Shown here: positions 52,045 through 61,317 of the stretch, one piece after another
Position numbering within the stretch: the first letter of the stretch is position 1
Layout: each line of letters starts with the position of its first letter
NCBI GenBank assembly: GCA_963705105.1
Contig: CAVPIW010000010.1
Coordinates: 128,001 to 192,000 of the forward strand
DNA length: 64,000 nt
Reading direction: 5' to 3'
From: an uncultured Nitrospiraceae bacterium
GTDB lineage: Bacteria > Nitrospirota > Thermodesulfovibrionia > Thermodesulfovibrionales > Dissulfurispiraceae
Notes under the pieces: generated by a model
What the model saw: only the letters and a program-made list of their open reading frames with translations
Told to the model about the DNA's origin: nothing
Databases searched by the model: none
Made by a program: the position numbers and the translations under genes

Positions 52045-53168
52045 CTACCGAATTGACCTGTAACCGCCGGGCACACCCCGCTTCGACATGACGATCTGCC
52101 AGACCTGCACGCTCCGGCAGCGAAAGGCCCCGGCGTCGCTGAGCAGATAGTACTTCCACATGCGGTAGAACCGGTCGTCGTAACGGTCCCTGATCTCCTG
52201 CCATCTCGAATCGAAATTCCCGAACCAGGCGAGGAGCGTGTGATCGTAATCCGAACCGATGTTCTGCCAGTCTTCGACGACAAAGGACTTCTCGGCGGCC
52301 GCTGCAATCTGCTTCATCGACGGGACGAGGGTGTTCGGGAAGATATACGCCTCCATCCAGGGATCAAAAGTGTTCTCCGTGTAATGCTTGCCGATTGTGT
52401 GCAGGAGGAACAGCCCTCCGTCCTTCAGGCATCTGTGAACAACCCTCATGTATGTTCGATAATTCCTGTGTCCCACGTGCTCGAACATGCCGACGGAGGC
52501 GACGTGATCGAAGGGCTCGTCGATGTCCCTGTAATCCTGAAGCCGAATCTCGACGGGGAGGCCCGCACAGAGTTCCCTGCCGAGCGATGCCTGTTCCTCG
52601 GAAACGGTTATCCCCACCGCTTTGACGCCGTAGCGCTCCGCGGCGTACTTGACGAGACTGCCCCACCCGCAGCCGATGTCGAGAAACCGGTCGCCCGGTT
52701 TCAGTCCGAGTTTCCTGCAGATGAGGTCGAGTTTCGCCTCCTGGGCATCATCGAGGTTGTCGGCCTGATCCCAATAGGCACAACTGTAGCACATCCTCCG
52801 GTCAAGCGTGATCTTGAATAGATCGTTCCCGGTGTCATAATGCTTCCGTCCCCACCTGATAGGCCCGCGATTTCCTGCCGAGATTGAAGATGCGCGATCT
52901 GAGGCCAAGGTAGAGCAGCTTCACCGATCCCTTGATTTTTGCGCTCGGGATTCGTGGGGATGATCCTCGAGAAGAACTCGTCGAGGCGGTCGCATTCCCA
53001 CCAGCCGTCCATGTACGATTCACCGAGGCCGAGACTCCCGTCAAAGAGGACGCGCCTGTAGAAGCGATCATCCCTGACGGTTATGTCCCAAGGATTCCGG
53101 CCGTTGACCCTAATCCCCGCCTGTGCCAGAATCGTCTCTATAAGCCTCTTCGCTGACTCGTGAGCCAT
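52045..53168 (-). CDS. cfa: Cyclopropane-fatty-acyl-phospholipid synthase (two homopolymer frameshifts, near 52938 and 52851)
   Basis: LGLGESYMDGWW, HYDTGNDLF, LDIGCGWG, SVGMFEHVG, RMWKYYL spread over three frames. Confidence 0.9.
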
Positions 53169-53500
53169 GATCCCTGACCACGCAAATTTTCCCGCCGAAC
53201 GTGAGTGTCCGCAATTTCCGCACATCAGGGGGACTAACGTTTTGCCTCAGTTCGGCATGTTTACATAATGGATTTTTGTACACCCTTCGGTCTCTCCCTG
53301 CTGCATCGCTTTCCATCGTATACTTACTGGCAGAACGGCTTTGTTGCCAATAGCATCCTAATCAACAAATAGCAGATTATCGAGGGCTTTTCCAATTATA
53401 ATTGCTAATAGATTAATTAATTCTGCTGATATATCAGAATCAGTCAGCCCCGGTTGACAACGTGCATTTCTGCGCCTATACTGATAAAAACAGTCAATCA

Positions 53501-53710
53501 ACCTTATTGTTGCAATACACTGAAAGGCGGGGCGAAGCGCTCTGAAAAACAGTGTCAGTGTGAGCGTCAGTATCAGTCAAAAAGGCTCACTTTTCGGCCA
53601 ATGGTCTTGAACGAGTGATCTAAACTAATCTGATGAGGGTATGTGTCGCCGCAGCAAGGTTTTCGGCGCATACGCCCCGCCTTTCCCGGGAGGTATTGCA
53701 ACGATAAGGT
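53501..53710. repeat. MITE-like family A, copy 5 (clearest TIRs)
   Basis: ACCTTATTGTTGCAATAC..GAAAGGCGGGGCG / CGCCCCGCCTTTC...GTATTGCAACGATAAGGT. Confidence 0.85.
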
Positions 53711-53740
53711 CAACATTAGGCTTGAGTCAAGGAGCAGGTA

Positions 53741-54211
53741 ATGGCTTCGACGTTTTCCCTGACAGTAAACGGCAAAAAGCACGTTGTGGATGCTGATCCC
53801 GACACGCCGTTGCTGTACGTGCTTCGCAACGACCTTGGGCTGAACGGTCCGAAATTCGGCTGCGGCCTCGGCCAGTGCGGGTCCTGCACGGTCATCATGG
53901 ACGGCCTGGCCGTTCATTCCTGCACGATGCCCGTCTCCAGGGCCGCGGGGCGAAACATCCTGACGCTGGAAGGGCTCGGCTCAGCCGAAAAGCCCCATCC
54001 TTTGCAGAAGGCCTTCATCGGGGAGCAGGCAGCACAGTGCGGTTATTGCGTCAACGGCATGATCATGAAGAGCAAGGCCCTGCTTGACGCAACTCCCGAA
54101 CCGAGTGATGAGGAGATCCGCATGGCCTTGACGTCGAATCTCTGCCGGTGCGGCGTTCATAACAACATCATCCGCGCGGTCCGGCGAGCAGCCGGGGAGA
54201 TGAAGAGATGA
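53741..54211 (+). CDS. (2Fe-2S) small subunit of a Mo-hydroxylase (CoxS/IorA-like)
   Basis: KFGCGLGQCGSC, QCGYC, NLCRC. Confidence 0.92.
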   Translation: MASTFSLTVNGKKHVVDADPDTPLLYVLRNDLGLNGPKFGCGLGQCGSCTVIMDGLAVHSCTMPVSRAAGRNILTLEGLGSAEKPHPLQKAFIGEQAAQCGYCVNGMIMKSKALLDATPEPSDEEIRMALTSNLCRCGVHNNIIRAVRRAAGEMKR

Positions 54212-56421
54212 CGGACTATCTGCTTACACGCCGGGAGTTCGGCAAAACAGCGGCGGGTATTTTTGTCACCTTCACATTGGCGCCGGAGCTTGCGTGGCCC
54301 GCCGAGGAAGGACTGCCCGGCAACCTCGGCAAGGCGCCCGTGCTGGACGCATGGCTTCTCATCGATCAGGACGGGAGGGTCACGATATTTACGGGGAAAG
54401 TGGAGCTGGGACAGGGCATTCTGACCGCACTCAGCCAGATGGCAGCCGAAGAACTGGATGTGTCTCTGTCGCGCATCAGGATGGTCTCCGGTGACACCCG
54501 CCTGACCCCTGATGAAGGATACACAGCCGGCAGCCAGTCTGTCGAGTACAGCGGGACGGCGATCCGTTATGCCTGCGCGGAGGCCCGTTCGGTCCTTCTC
54601 GAAAAGGCATCTGCCCGTCTCGGCGTTCCTGCTGACCGGCTCAAAACGGCTGACGGCGCAGTCATTGCGCCTGACGGCGGGAAACTGACCTATGGCGAGA
54701 TCGCGAAAGCGACCCTGCACCACAAAGCGACGGCAAAGGTACCCCCGAAACCTGCCAAGGAGCACGGCATCGTCGGAAAGCCGGTAAGCCGCATCGACAT
54801 CCCCCCGAAGGTGACAGGCGGTCCCGCATTCGTTCAGGACATGCGTATGCCCGGCATGGTTTTCGGCCGCATCGTCCGTCTGCCGGGCCCCCGTGACAGG
54901 CTCGAAGAAGTCGATACGTCTGCAGTACAACGCATGCCCGGCGTCCTGGCCGTCGTGCGTGACGGCAGCTTCCTGGGCGTTGTCGCAGCCCGGGAGGAGC
55001 AGGCGATCGCAGCCCGCGAGGCCCTGAGAAAGTCCGCGAAATGGCGGATTGCAGGGGACCTGCCGGACCCGGCCAAAATCCACCTCTGGCTGAAACAGCA
55101 GGCGGCCGAGGACACGATCATCAGCGAGAAGAAGGCACTGGATACCCCTCCGATTATCCGCCGCATCGATGGCACCTATACGAAACGACACGTGGCGCAC
55201 GCATCTCTTGGTCCGTCCTGTGCCGTCGCCGAGATGAAAGACGGCACACTCCGCATCTGGTCGCACACGCAGGGCGTCTATCCCCTCCGTCGCGACATCT
55301 CCGTCGCCATGAAGATGGACCCCACGGCCGTAATCATCTCACATGTCGAGGGGGCGGGCTGTTACGGCCATAACGGCGCAGACGACGTGGCCCTGGATGC
55401 CGCCCTTTTAGCGCGCGCCGTGCCGGGCCGCCCGGTGAAGGTCCAGTGGATGAGGGACGATGAATTCGCCTGGGAGCCCTTCGGGTCAGCAATGGTGATG
55501 CAGGTCTCGGCGGGCCTCGCCGCTGACGGGACGATCGCCGACTGGCAGTACGAACTCTGGAGCAACGCTCACAGTACCCGTCCGGGCCGGCAGGGAGGCG
55601 TGAACCTGCTGGCGGCATGGCACCTCGGCGATCCCATGAGCCCGGCACCGCTCCAGTCCATTCCCCTGCCCGCGGGGGGACCGGACCGCAATGCCGTGCC
55701 GATCTATGACTTTCCGAATCAGAAGATCGTAAGACATCTTGTCAGGGAGATGCCCCTTCGCACATCGGCGCTCCGTGCGCTTGGAGCTTATGCAAATGTC
55801 TTCGCGATGGAGTGTTTCATGGACGAACTGGCCGGGGCTGCCGGCATGGATCCCGTCGACTTCCGGCTCCGGCACCTGAAGGACCCCCGTGCCAGGGCCG
55901 TCATCGAAACAGCGGCTGTCAAAGCGTCATGGAAAAGCGGCTTCAAGAGCGACGGCAGGCGCGGTCGGGGCCTCGGTTTTGCCAAGTACAAAAATCTTTC
56001 CTGTTATGTCGCCTGCGTCGCCGACGTCGACGTGGACCGAAAAACAGGACTGGTCAGCGTCCGCCGCGTCGTCGCAGCGGCTGATGCCGGGCAGATCATC
56101 AACCCGAAAGGTCTCGAGATGCAGATTGAGGGAGGTATCATCCAGTCCGTGAGCTGGACCCTGAAAGAATCGGTCACCTTCGATCGAAGGGCGGTCACTT
56201 CCCGTGACTGGTCCGACTACCCCATCCTCACCTTTCCGGAAGTGCCAAAGGTCGACGTTCACCTGCTGGACAGGCCGGACGAAAAGCCCCTCGGCAGCGG
56301 CGAGGCGTCGCAGGGTCCCACTGCTGCCGCTGTCGCCAACGCCGTCAGCTCCGCCCTTGGCCGCCGCGTCCGCGACCTGCCTCTTTCCCCCGAGCGCATC
56401 AAACAGGCAATGGGGTCTTAA
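54208..56421 (+). CDS. Xanthine-dehydrogenase-family molybdopterin subunit (IorB/NicB-like) with Tat-like leader
   Basis: TRREF, GKVELGQG, GCYGHNGADD, LRALGA, QIEGG, GSGE. Confidence 0.9.
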   Translation: MTDYLLTRREFGKTAAGIFVTFTLAPELAWPAEEGLPGNLGKAPVLDAWLLIDQDGRVTIFTGKVELGQGILTALSQMAAEELDVSLSRIRMVSGDTRLTPDEGYTAGSQSVEYSGTAIRYACAEARSVLLEKASARLGVPADRLKTADGAVIAPDGGKLTYGEIAKATLHHKATAKVPPKPAKEHGIVGKPVSRIDIPPKVTGGPAFVQDMRMPGMVFGRIVRLPGPRDRLEEVDTSAVQRMPGVLAVVRDGSFLGVVAAREEQAIAAREALRKSAKWRIAGDLPDPAKIHLWLKQQAAEDTIISEKKALDTPPIIRRIDGTYTKRHVAHASLGPSCAVAEMKDGTLRIWSHTQGVYPLRRDISVAMKMDPTAVIISHVEGAGCYGHNGADDVALDAALLARAVPGRPVKVQWMRDDEFAWEPFGSAMVMQVSAGLAADGTIADWQYELWSNAHSTRPGRQGGVNLLAAWHLGDPMSPAPLQSIPLPAGGPDRNAVPIYDFPNQKIVRHLVREMPLRTSALRALGAYANVFAMECFMDELAGAAGMDPVDFRLRHLKDPRARAVIETAAVKASWKSGFKSDGRRGRGLGFAKYKNLSCYVACVADVDVDRKTGLVSVRRVVAAADAGQIINPKGLEMQIEGGIIQSVSWTLKESVTFDRRAVTSRDWSDYPILTFPEVPKVDVHLLDRPDEKPLGSGEASQGPTAAAVANAVSSALGRRVRDLPLSPERIKQAMGS

Positions 56422-56702
56422 CAAGGAGGCCTCGCCTCCCTTTCATGATCACCGAAAGATGGACGTGCCTTTCATTGCCGCTTAATTCCTTATACGACCG
56501 AAGAAGGAGAGACGAAACCGGACGTGAATCTCGTCAATGAGACCCTGTGGCTAATACAAAGACAGATGAATGGGCTGTTTTCAAAAGGATGTGCGGATAA
56601 TCAGCGTGCAATCCGGAATGTCTTTGTCGCGAGAGAACTGGCTGCAGCATCAGCTATCCGGAATTTCCGGATAGTTCAAACATGAAAGCAAACTGCCCTC
56701 GC

Positions 56703-56993
56703 TCAACGCGCCCGAGCAAGCTCTTCCTTCAGAATGCGCCGAAGGGTCTTTTCCAGTTCCTCGCGGTGAATAGACTCCTTAAGGGCCTCATTGATCAGTG
56801 TCTGATAGCCCCGCTCGCCGGCCTTGGCCTTGAAGAAGGAGATTATACCGGTATCCAGCATGATGTTCACCCTCTGTTTGCGCGGCACCTCCTGAAGATT
56901 GACGCGGAATCTCGCGCGTTTCATATCCGCCTGCGTGATTTCCGGATATTCATCGAAGTCTTCAGAGATTTTCGAAGACGTTTTCTTGCTCAT
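56703..56993 (-). CDS. BrnA-family antitoxin
   Basis: KQRVNIMLD..II.FFK....GYQTLINEAL. Confidence 0.85.
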   Translation of the reverse strand: MSKKTSSKISEDFDEYPEITQADMKRARFRVNLQEVPRKQRVNIMLDTGIISFFKAKAGERGYQTLINEALKESIHREELEKTLRRILKEELARAR

Positions 56994-57064
56994 TTTCTGC
57001 GCCTTTTCTCATGGAATTTATTCAGGTTCGTCTTTCGCTTCGCCTCATCCCACAGGAAACGCAT
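56962..57064 (-). pseudogene. Internally deleted BrnT toxin
   Basis: MRFLWDEAKRKTNLNK joined directly, out of frame, to SMRKGAENEQENVFENL*. Confidence 0.65.
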
Positions 57065-57216
57065 AATTTTATTATGCATATATTCATACACATCGCAACA
57101 TTTCGGAAGGAGGGAGGAATACCTGCGGAAACGGATTGCTCCCTTCTTCTAAAAAGCGTTGAAATAAAATTGAATCTGTACGCTGAGCAGGTGAGAATTG
57201 CGCGGAGAGAAAAAAT

Positions 57217-57245
57217 TGTAACATTCCTGTAACATTCCTGTAACA
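57217..57245 (+). promoter_or_regulatory. Pho-box-like 11-bp direct repeats
   Basis: TGTAACA at 57217, 57228 and 57239. Confidence 0.65.
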
Positions 57246-57290
57246 TTGGAAATGGTATGCTTATCTAATTTCAAAGTGAGGTGTCATTCA

Positions 57291-57500
57291 ATGGAGAAGA
57301 GCTACCTCTTGTGCCCCTACCTGAAAGGATCCGTCGACGGCGCCCTCTGCAATGTTGTCAGGGATTTCATCAAGAAAATGGATGATGTGGACATCCGCAT
57401 GTGCATGGGCAGGCATTTCGAGTCCTGCTATTTCTACCATATGAAGATCAGGAGCGCCATTGCCGCCCATTCCTGCGGGCCCGCGCTCGAACTCAACTGA
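57291..57500 (+). CDS. Small Cys-rich protein
   Basis: CPYL...C...C......CYFY; GAGGTG RBS. Confidence 0.65.
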   Translation: MEKSYLLCPYLKGSVDGALCNVVRDFIKKMDDVDIRMCMGRHFESCYFYHMKIRSAIAAHSCGPALELN

Positions 57501-57556
57501 AGGGTCTTTCGAAAACTGAATAATCTCCTTTTTTCCCGGGGAATCGCCGCGTCATC

Positions 57557-58792
57557 ATGAACTCCCGATTCCTCTGGGGGGTTGCAACCTCCGCTTTTCA
57601 GCTCGAAGGCTCCCCTTATGCCGACTGGTCGTCCTGGGACCTCTCCGTCGGTGACAACCCCGACATCACGGACCATTACAACCTCTACCGGCAGGACCTT
57701 CGCCTGCTCAGGGCCCTCGGGGTCAACGCCTATCGCTTCTCTCTCGAATGGAGCAGAATCCAACCCGGTCAGGACGCCTGGGACCGGAAGGCCATCGACC
57801 ATTACCAGGAGATGATCGACATCCTCAACGACCACGGCATCGAGCCCATGGTCACGATCCACCACTTCACCCATCCCCTCTGGTTCATACAGCGGTACCC
57901 CTGGCACGACGACAAATCCGTCGACTGGTTCCTCCGGTACGTCGACAGGCTTATGGCGTCGGTCCGGGACGTCAAATACTGGATCACCTTCAACGAGCCC
58001 TACGTGCTCCTCCTCGGCGGCTATCTCGAAGGGTGCATGCCGCCCGGCCTGAGAGATGCGGACCTCGCCCTTGCGGCCCTGAAAAACATTCTGACATGCC
58101 ATGGACGTGCCTATGAGATCATTCACAGCCGCCGTCCCGACGCGCTGGTGAGCGTCGCCCACAACATGGCCGCCCTCGCTCCCTGGCGCCGGTGGAACCC
58201 CCTCGACAGGGCACTTGCAACGATTGCCGGCTCCTTCTACAACCACTCCCTGCTCGACGCGTTCAAGTCCGGCAGCGTCCACGTGAAATTCCCCTTCCGC
58301 AAGGCCACCGACATGATGGTGCCGATTCAGGGGAAGCTCGATTTTTTCGGCATCAACTATTACACCAGGGTGCACCTGCGGTTCAATCCCCTGAAAAAGA
58401 TGGGCGTCGAACTCCGGCACAGGGATATCGACGGATACGGCCTGACGGACCTCGGATGGGAAATCCATCCCCATGGCCTCGATCATGTCATCAGGCAGGC
58501 ATCGGGTCTCGGCGTTCCCATGATGATCACCGAGAACGGCATTGCCACCCATGACAGTCGGAAGAAGATACGGTTCATGAAGCGCCACGTGGACGTCATT
58601 GAAAAATGCATAAAGAAGGGATTCGACATCAGGGGATATTTTTACTGGTCCCTCATCGACAACTACGAGTGGCTCCAGGGTCTCGATGCCCGGTTCGGCT
58701 TGTACACCGTCGATTACTCGACCCTCCGGCGCCGTCCCACCACGGCAGCCACATACTATTCCTATCTCATCAGAAGCAGGTCTTTCACGTAG
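57557..58792 (+). CDS. Glycoside hydrolase family 1
   Basis: FLWGVATSAFQLEG, YRFSLEWSRI, TFNEP, ITENG, DNYEW. Confidence 0.95.
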   Translation: MNSRFLWGVATSAFQLEGSPYADWSSWDLSVGDNPDITDHYNLYRQDLRLLRALGVNAYRFSLEWSRIQPGQDAWDRKAIDHYQEMIDILNDHGIEPMVTIHHFTHPLWFIQRYPWHDDKSVDWFLRYVDRLMASVRDVKYWITFNEPYVLLLGGYLEGCMPPGLRDADLALAALKNILTCHGRAYEIIHSRRPDALVSVAHNMAALAPWRRWNPLDRALATIAGSFYNHSLLDAFKSGSVHVKFPFRKATDMMVPIQGKLDFFGINYYTRVHLRFNPLKKMGVELRHRDIDGYGLTDLGWEIHPHGLDHVIRQASGLGVPMMITENGIATHDSRKKIRFMKRHVDVIEKCIKKGFDIRGYFYWSLIDNYEWLQGLDARFGLYTVDYSTLRRRPTTAATYYSYLIRSRSFT

Positions 58793-58860
58793 TCCCGTTC
58801 CTTCAGGCGTCTTATCAATATCGATCGCCAGACCACCTATCCACGTCCCGCAACACACCT

Positions 58861-58909
58861 GTAATCAAGTCTTCTTCATTTCGTAACCGCCTCTTAATCC
58901 TGCCGTAAC
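58861..58909 (+). promoter_or_regulatory. Pho-box-like 11-bp array
   Basis: GTAAT/GTAAC/TTAAT/GTAAC at 58861, 58883, 58894 and 58905. Confidence 0.5.
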
Positions 58910-58934
58910 CAAGACTTTTGTATCATGCAGACAG

Positions 58935-59627
58935 ATGCTGCTTTGCGACTTTCACATTCACACCACTTATTCCGACGGCCTCGTCGACCTGAGGAGGACC
59001 GTCGATCTTTTCGGCCAGGCAGGTTTCGACGTCATCGCCATTACGGACCATGTGGTGAGCAGCAACGGGTCCTTCGGCAAGCTCGCCCGGACGTTCAAAT
59101 TCAGCGTCGATGAGCATAATTTCGGACGGTACGTGGAGCACATCCGCAAAGAGGCAGAGCGGGCCTGGACCAAATACGGCCTCCTGATCATCCCCGGCAT
59201 CGAGATCACAAAAAACTCTATCTCGGCGGAAAACTCGGCGCACATCCTGATCATCGACATCAAGGATTTCATTCCCGCCTCCTGGGGATACGATGAGATC
59301 TTTCAGGAGGCGAAGAGGCAGGACGCCCTCAGCATCGCCTGCCACCCCCACTACATGTCGGAATTCGCAGTCCGCGACACCCTCTATCTCTGGAAAAACC
59401 GTGACAAGTACGCTCCTCACATCGATGCCTGGGAGATCGCCAACAGGGATGACGTGTTCAACGTCATCAGCCTCAAGAAATACCCCTATATCGCCGGCAG
59501 CGATTTTCACCGTCCGCGCCATCTCTATTCATGGAAGACGCTGCTGAACTGCGACAAGGATGTGGAGTCCGTGAAACAGTGCATCCGCCACAACAGGGGC
59601 GTTGCCATCACTCTCTTCAGAAAATGA
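58935..59627 (+). CDS. PHP-domain phosphoesterase
   Basis: DFHIHTTYSDG, ITDH, GIE, CHPH, GSDFH. Confidence 0.9.
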   Translation: MLLCDFHIHTTYSDGLVDLRRTVDLFGQAGFDVIAITDHVVSSNGSFGKLARTFKFSVDEHNFGRYVEHIRKEAERAWTKYGLLIIPGIEITKNSISAENSAHILIIDIKDFIPASWGYDEIFQEAKRQDALSIACHPHYMSEFAVRDTLYLWKNRDKYAPHIDAWEIANRDDVFNVISLKKYPYIAGSDFHRPRHLYSWKTLLNCDKDVESVKQCIRHNRGVAITLFRK

Positions 59628-59840
59628 ACGCTGTAGTTGCATACAAAGGCGGGGCGAAGCGCCTCAAAGCCTTGCTGAAGGCGACGATACGCATTGTCAG
59701 CTTCGTGTTTCAGGATTCCACTCTTTGTGTTATCGACCATTGGTGTAAAGTTCGTCTGCCCTTTCGATACAGGTGTCGCCGCAGCAAGGTTTTCGGCGCA
59801 TGCACCCCGCCTTTCCGGGAAGCGCATGCAACGATAAGGT
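59627..59840. repeat. MITE-like family A, copy 6
   Basis: Inverted homologue of 45155-45370; right arm shared with 53640-53710. Confidence 0.8.
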
Positions 59841-59860
59841 GAATAAATGAAGGAGGTCCC

Positions 59861-61075
59861 ATGGAGATATTCCTGATCTTTGCCGTCTTGTCCCTGTTCG
59901 CCCTGGTCGCCTATGGCCTGCAGATACGCGCCGCACGCGCAGTCCTGGTTGAGGAGAAGGCATCTGAAGCCGTGGCGGTCAGCCGTGACCGGACCTGTCC
60001 ACCCGTTTCGATCCTCAAGCCCCTCAAAGGGCTGGACGACAACCTCTTCGACAACCTCGAGAGTTTCTGTGTGCAGGACTACCCGGAATACGAGGTCATC
60101 TTCTCCCTTCAGGACAGGAACGACCAAGCCTGCAAGGTGGCCGAAAAGGTCAGGGAAAGGCATCCTGACAAAAACATCACCATCATCACGGAGAAAACCA
60201 ATGCGGGCCTCAACCCCAAGATAAACAACCTTATCCCGGCCTACCGCGTTTCCCGTTACGACCACGTTCTGATAAGCGACAGCAACGTCCTGGTCGGCAG
60301 GGACTATCTGCGGGAAATCATGGGCCGCATGGCCGATCAGCGTGTCGGCCTCGTCTCGAACCTCATCAAAGGCACGGGAGGACGCACCATCGGGTCCGTC
60401 CTGGAAAACCTCCATCTCAACTCCTTCATCATGGGGAGCGTCTGTTTTCTCGACCGGTCCCTGGGCATGCCCTGCGTCGTCGGCAAGTCCATGCTTTTCC
60501 GCAAGGACGACCTTGAAAAGATGGGCGGCCTGTGGTCCTTCAAGGATGTCCTCGCCGAGGATTACATGATGGGCAAAAGGATGCATGAAGCGGGCAAGAA
60601 GGTCGTGCTGTCCGGCTACATGGTGCAGAATGTGAATGATTACTGGGGGTTCCGCAGGTTCCTGAACAGGCACACGCGCTGGGGCAAGCTGCGCTGGAGG
60701 ATCGGCGGTATCAAATATGTGTCGGAGATCCTCACGAATGCGGTCTTCCTCTCCTCCATGCCCCTCATCTTCTGGGAGACGTCCCTCATGACATGTTCCC
60801 TCGCGGCGGCCGTGAGTTCGGTGAAGATCATGGGAGACCTCTACATCGGCAGAAAAATTCAGGCAGGCATGAACAGCGCGCTCTATCTCCTCTCGCCGGT
60901 CAAGGATCTCATCATCGGCATCCTTTGGTTCATCCCCCTCTTCAGCAGGACCGTCGTCTGGCGGGGCAACAGGTACTCCGTCGGGAAGGATTCCGTTCTC
61001 TCGCCCTGCGGTGCCGCCGCTACCCGGGATAGAAGAAGCCGTCTGATCGTCGCCATCAGGACACGTTTCGCCTGA
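59861..61075 (+). CDS. Ceramide-glucosyltransferase-like (GT21/HpnI-like) glycosyltransferase
   Basis: SILKPLKG, NPKINNL, ISDSN, GKSM, LAEDY, RHTRW. Confidence 0.88.
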   Translation: MEIFLIFAVLSLFALVAYGLQIRAARAVLVEEKASEAVAVSRDRTCPPVSILKPLKGLDDNLFDNLESFCVQDYPEYEVIFSLQDRNDQACKVAEKVRERHPDKNITIITEKTNAGLNPKINNLIPAYRVSRYDHVLISDSNVLVGRDYLREIMGRMADQRVGLVSNLIKGTGGRTIGSVLENLHLNSFIMGSVCFLDRSLGMPCVVGKSMLFRKDDLEKMGGLWSFKDVLAEDYMMGKRMHEAGKKVVLSGYMVQNVNDYWGFRRFLNRHTRWGKLRWRIGGIKYVSEILTNAVFLSSMPLIFWETSLMTCSLAAAVSSVKIMGDLYIGRKIQAGMNSALYLLSPVKDLIIGILWFIPLFSRTVVWRGNRYSVGKDSVLSPCGAAATRDRRSRLIVAIRTRFA

Positions 61076-61146
61076 TCGGACCTGTTTTTCAATACTTTTC
61101 CACATTCCGTCTGCATAACAAAGACATCTGCAGCAATCGGGTCCCT

Positions 61147-61184
61147 GTAACGCAATTGTAAAGTCCGCTTCATCTTCCTGTAAC
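61147..61184 (+). promoter_or_regulatory. Pho-box-like 11-bp array
   Basis: GTAAC/GTAAA/TTCAT/GTAAC at 61147, 61158, 61169 and 61180. Confidence 0.55.
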
Positions 61185-61317
61185 CGGGCTTCCCTAAAAT
61201 AACGGCAAGACGAAAGGAGGTGGTGCGGCGATTTCGTCAAGGGAGAAACGAGGCGGCAGCACCCGCGGTGTCTTTTGGACTCCGCAGAACATCACATGAA
61301 TCACACAAGGAGGAACG

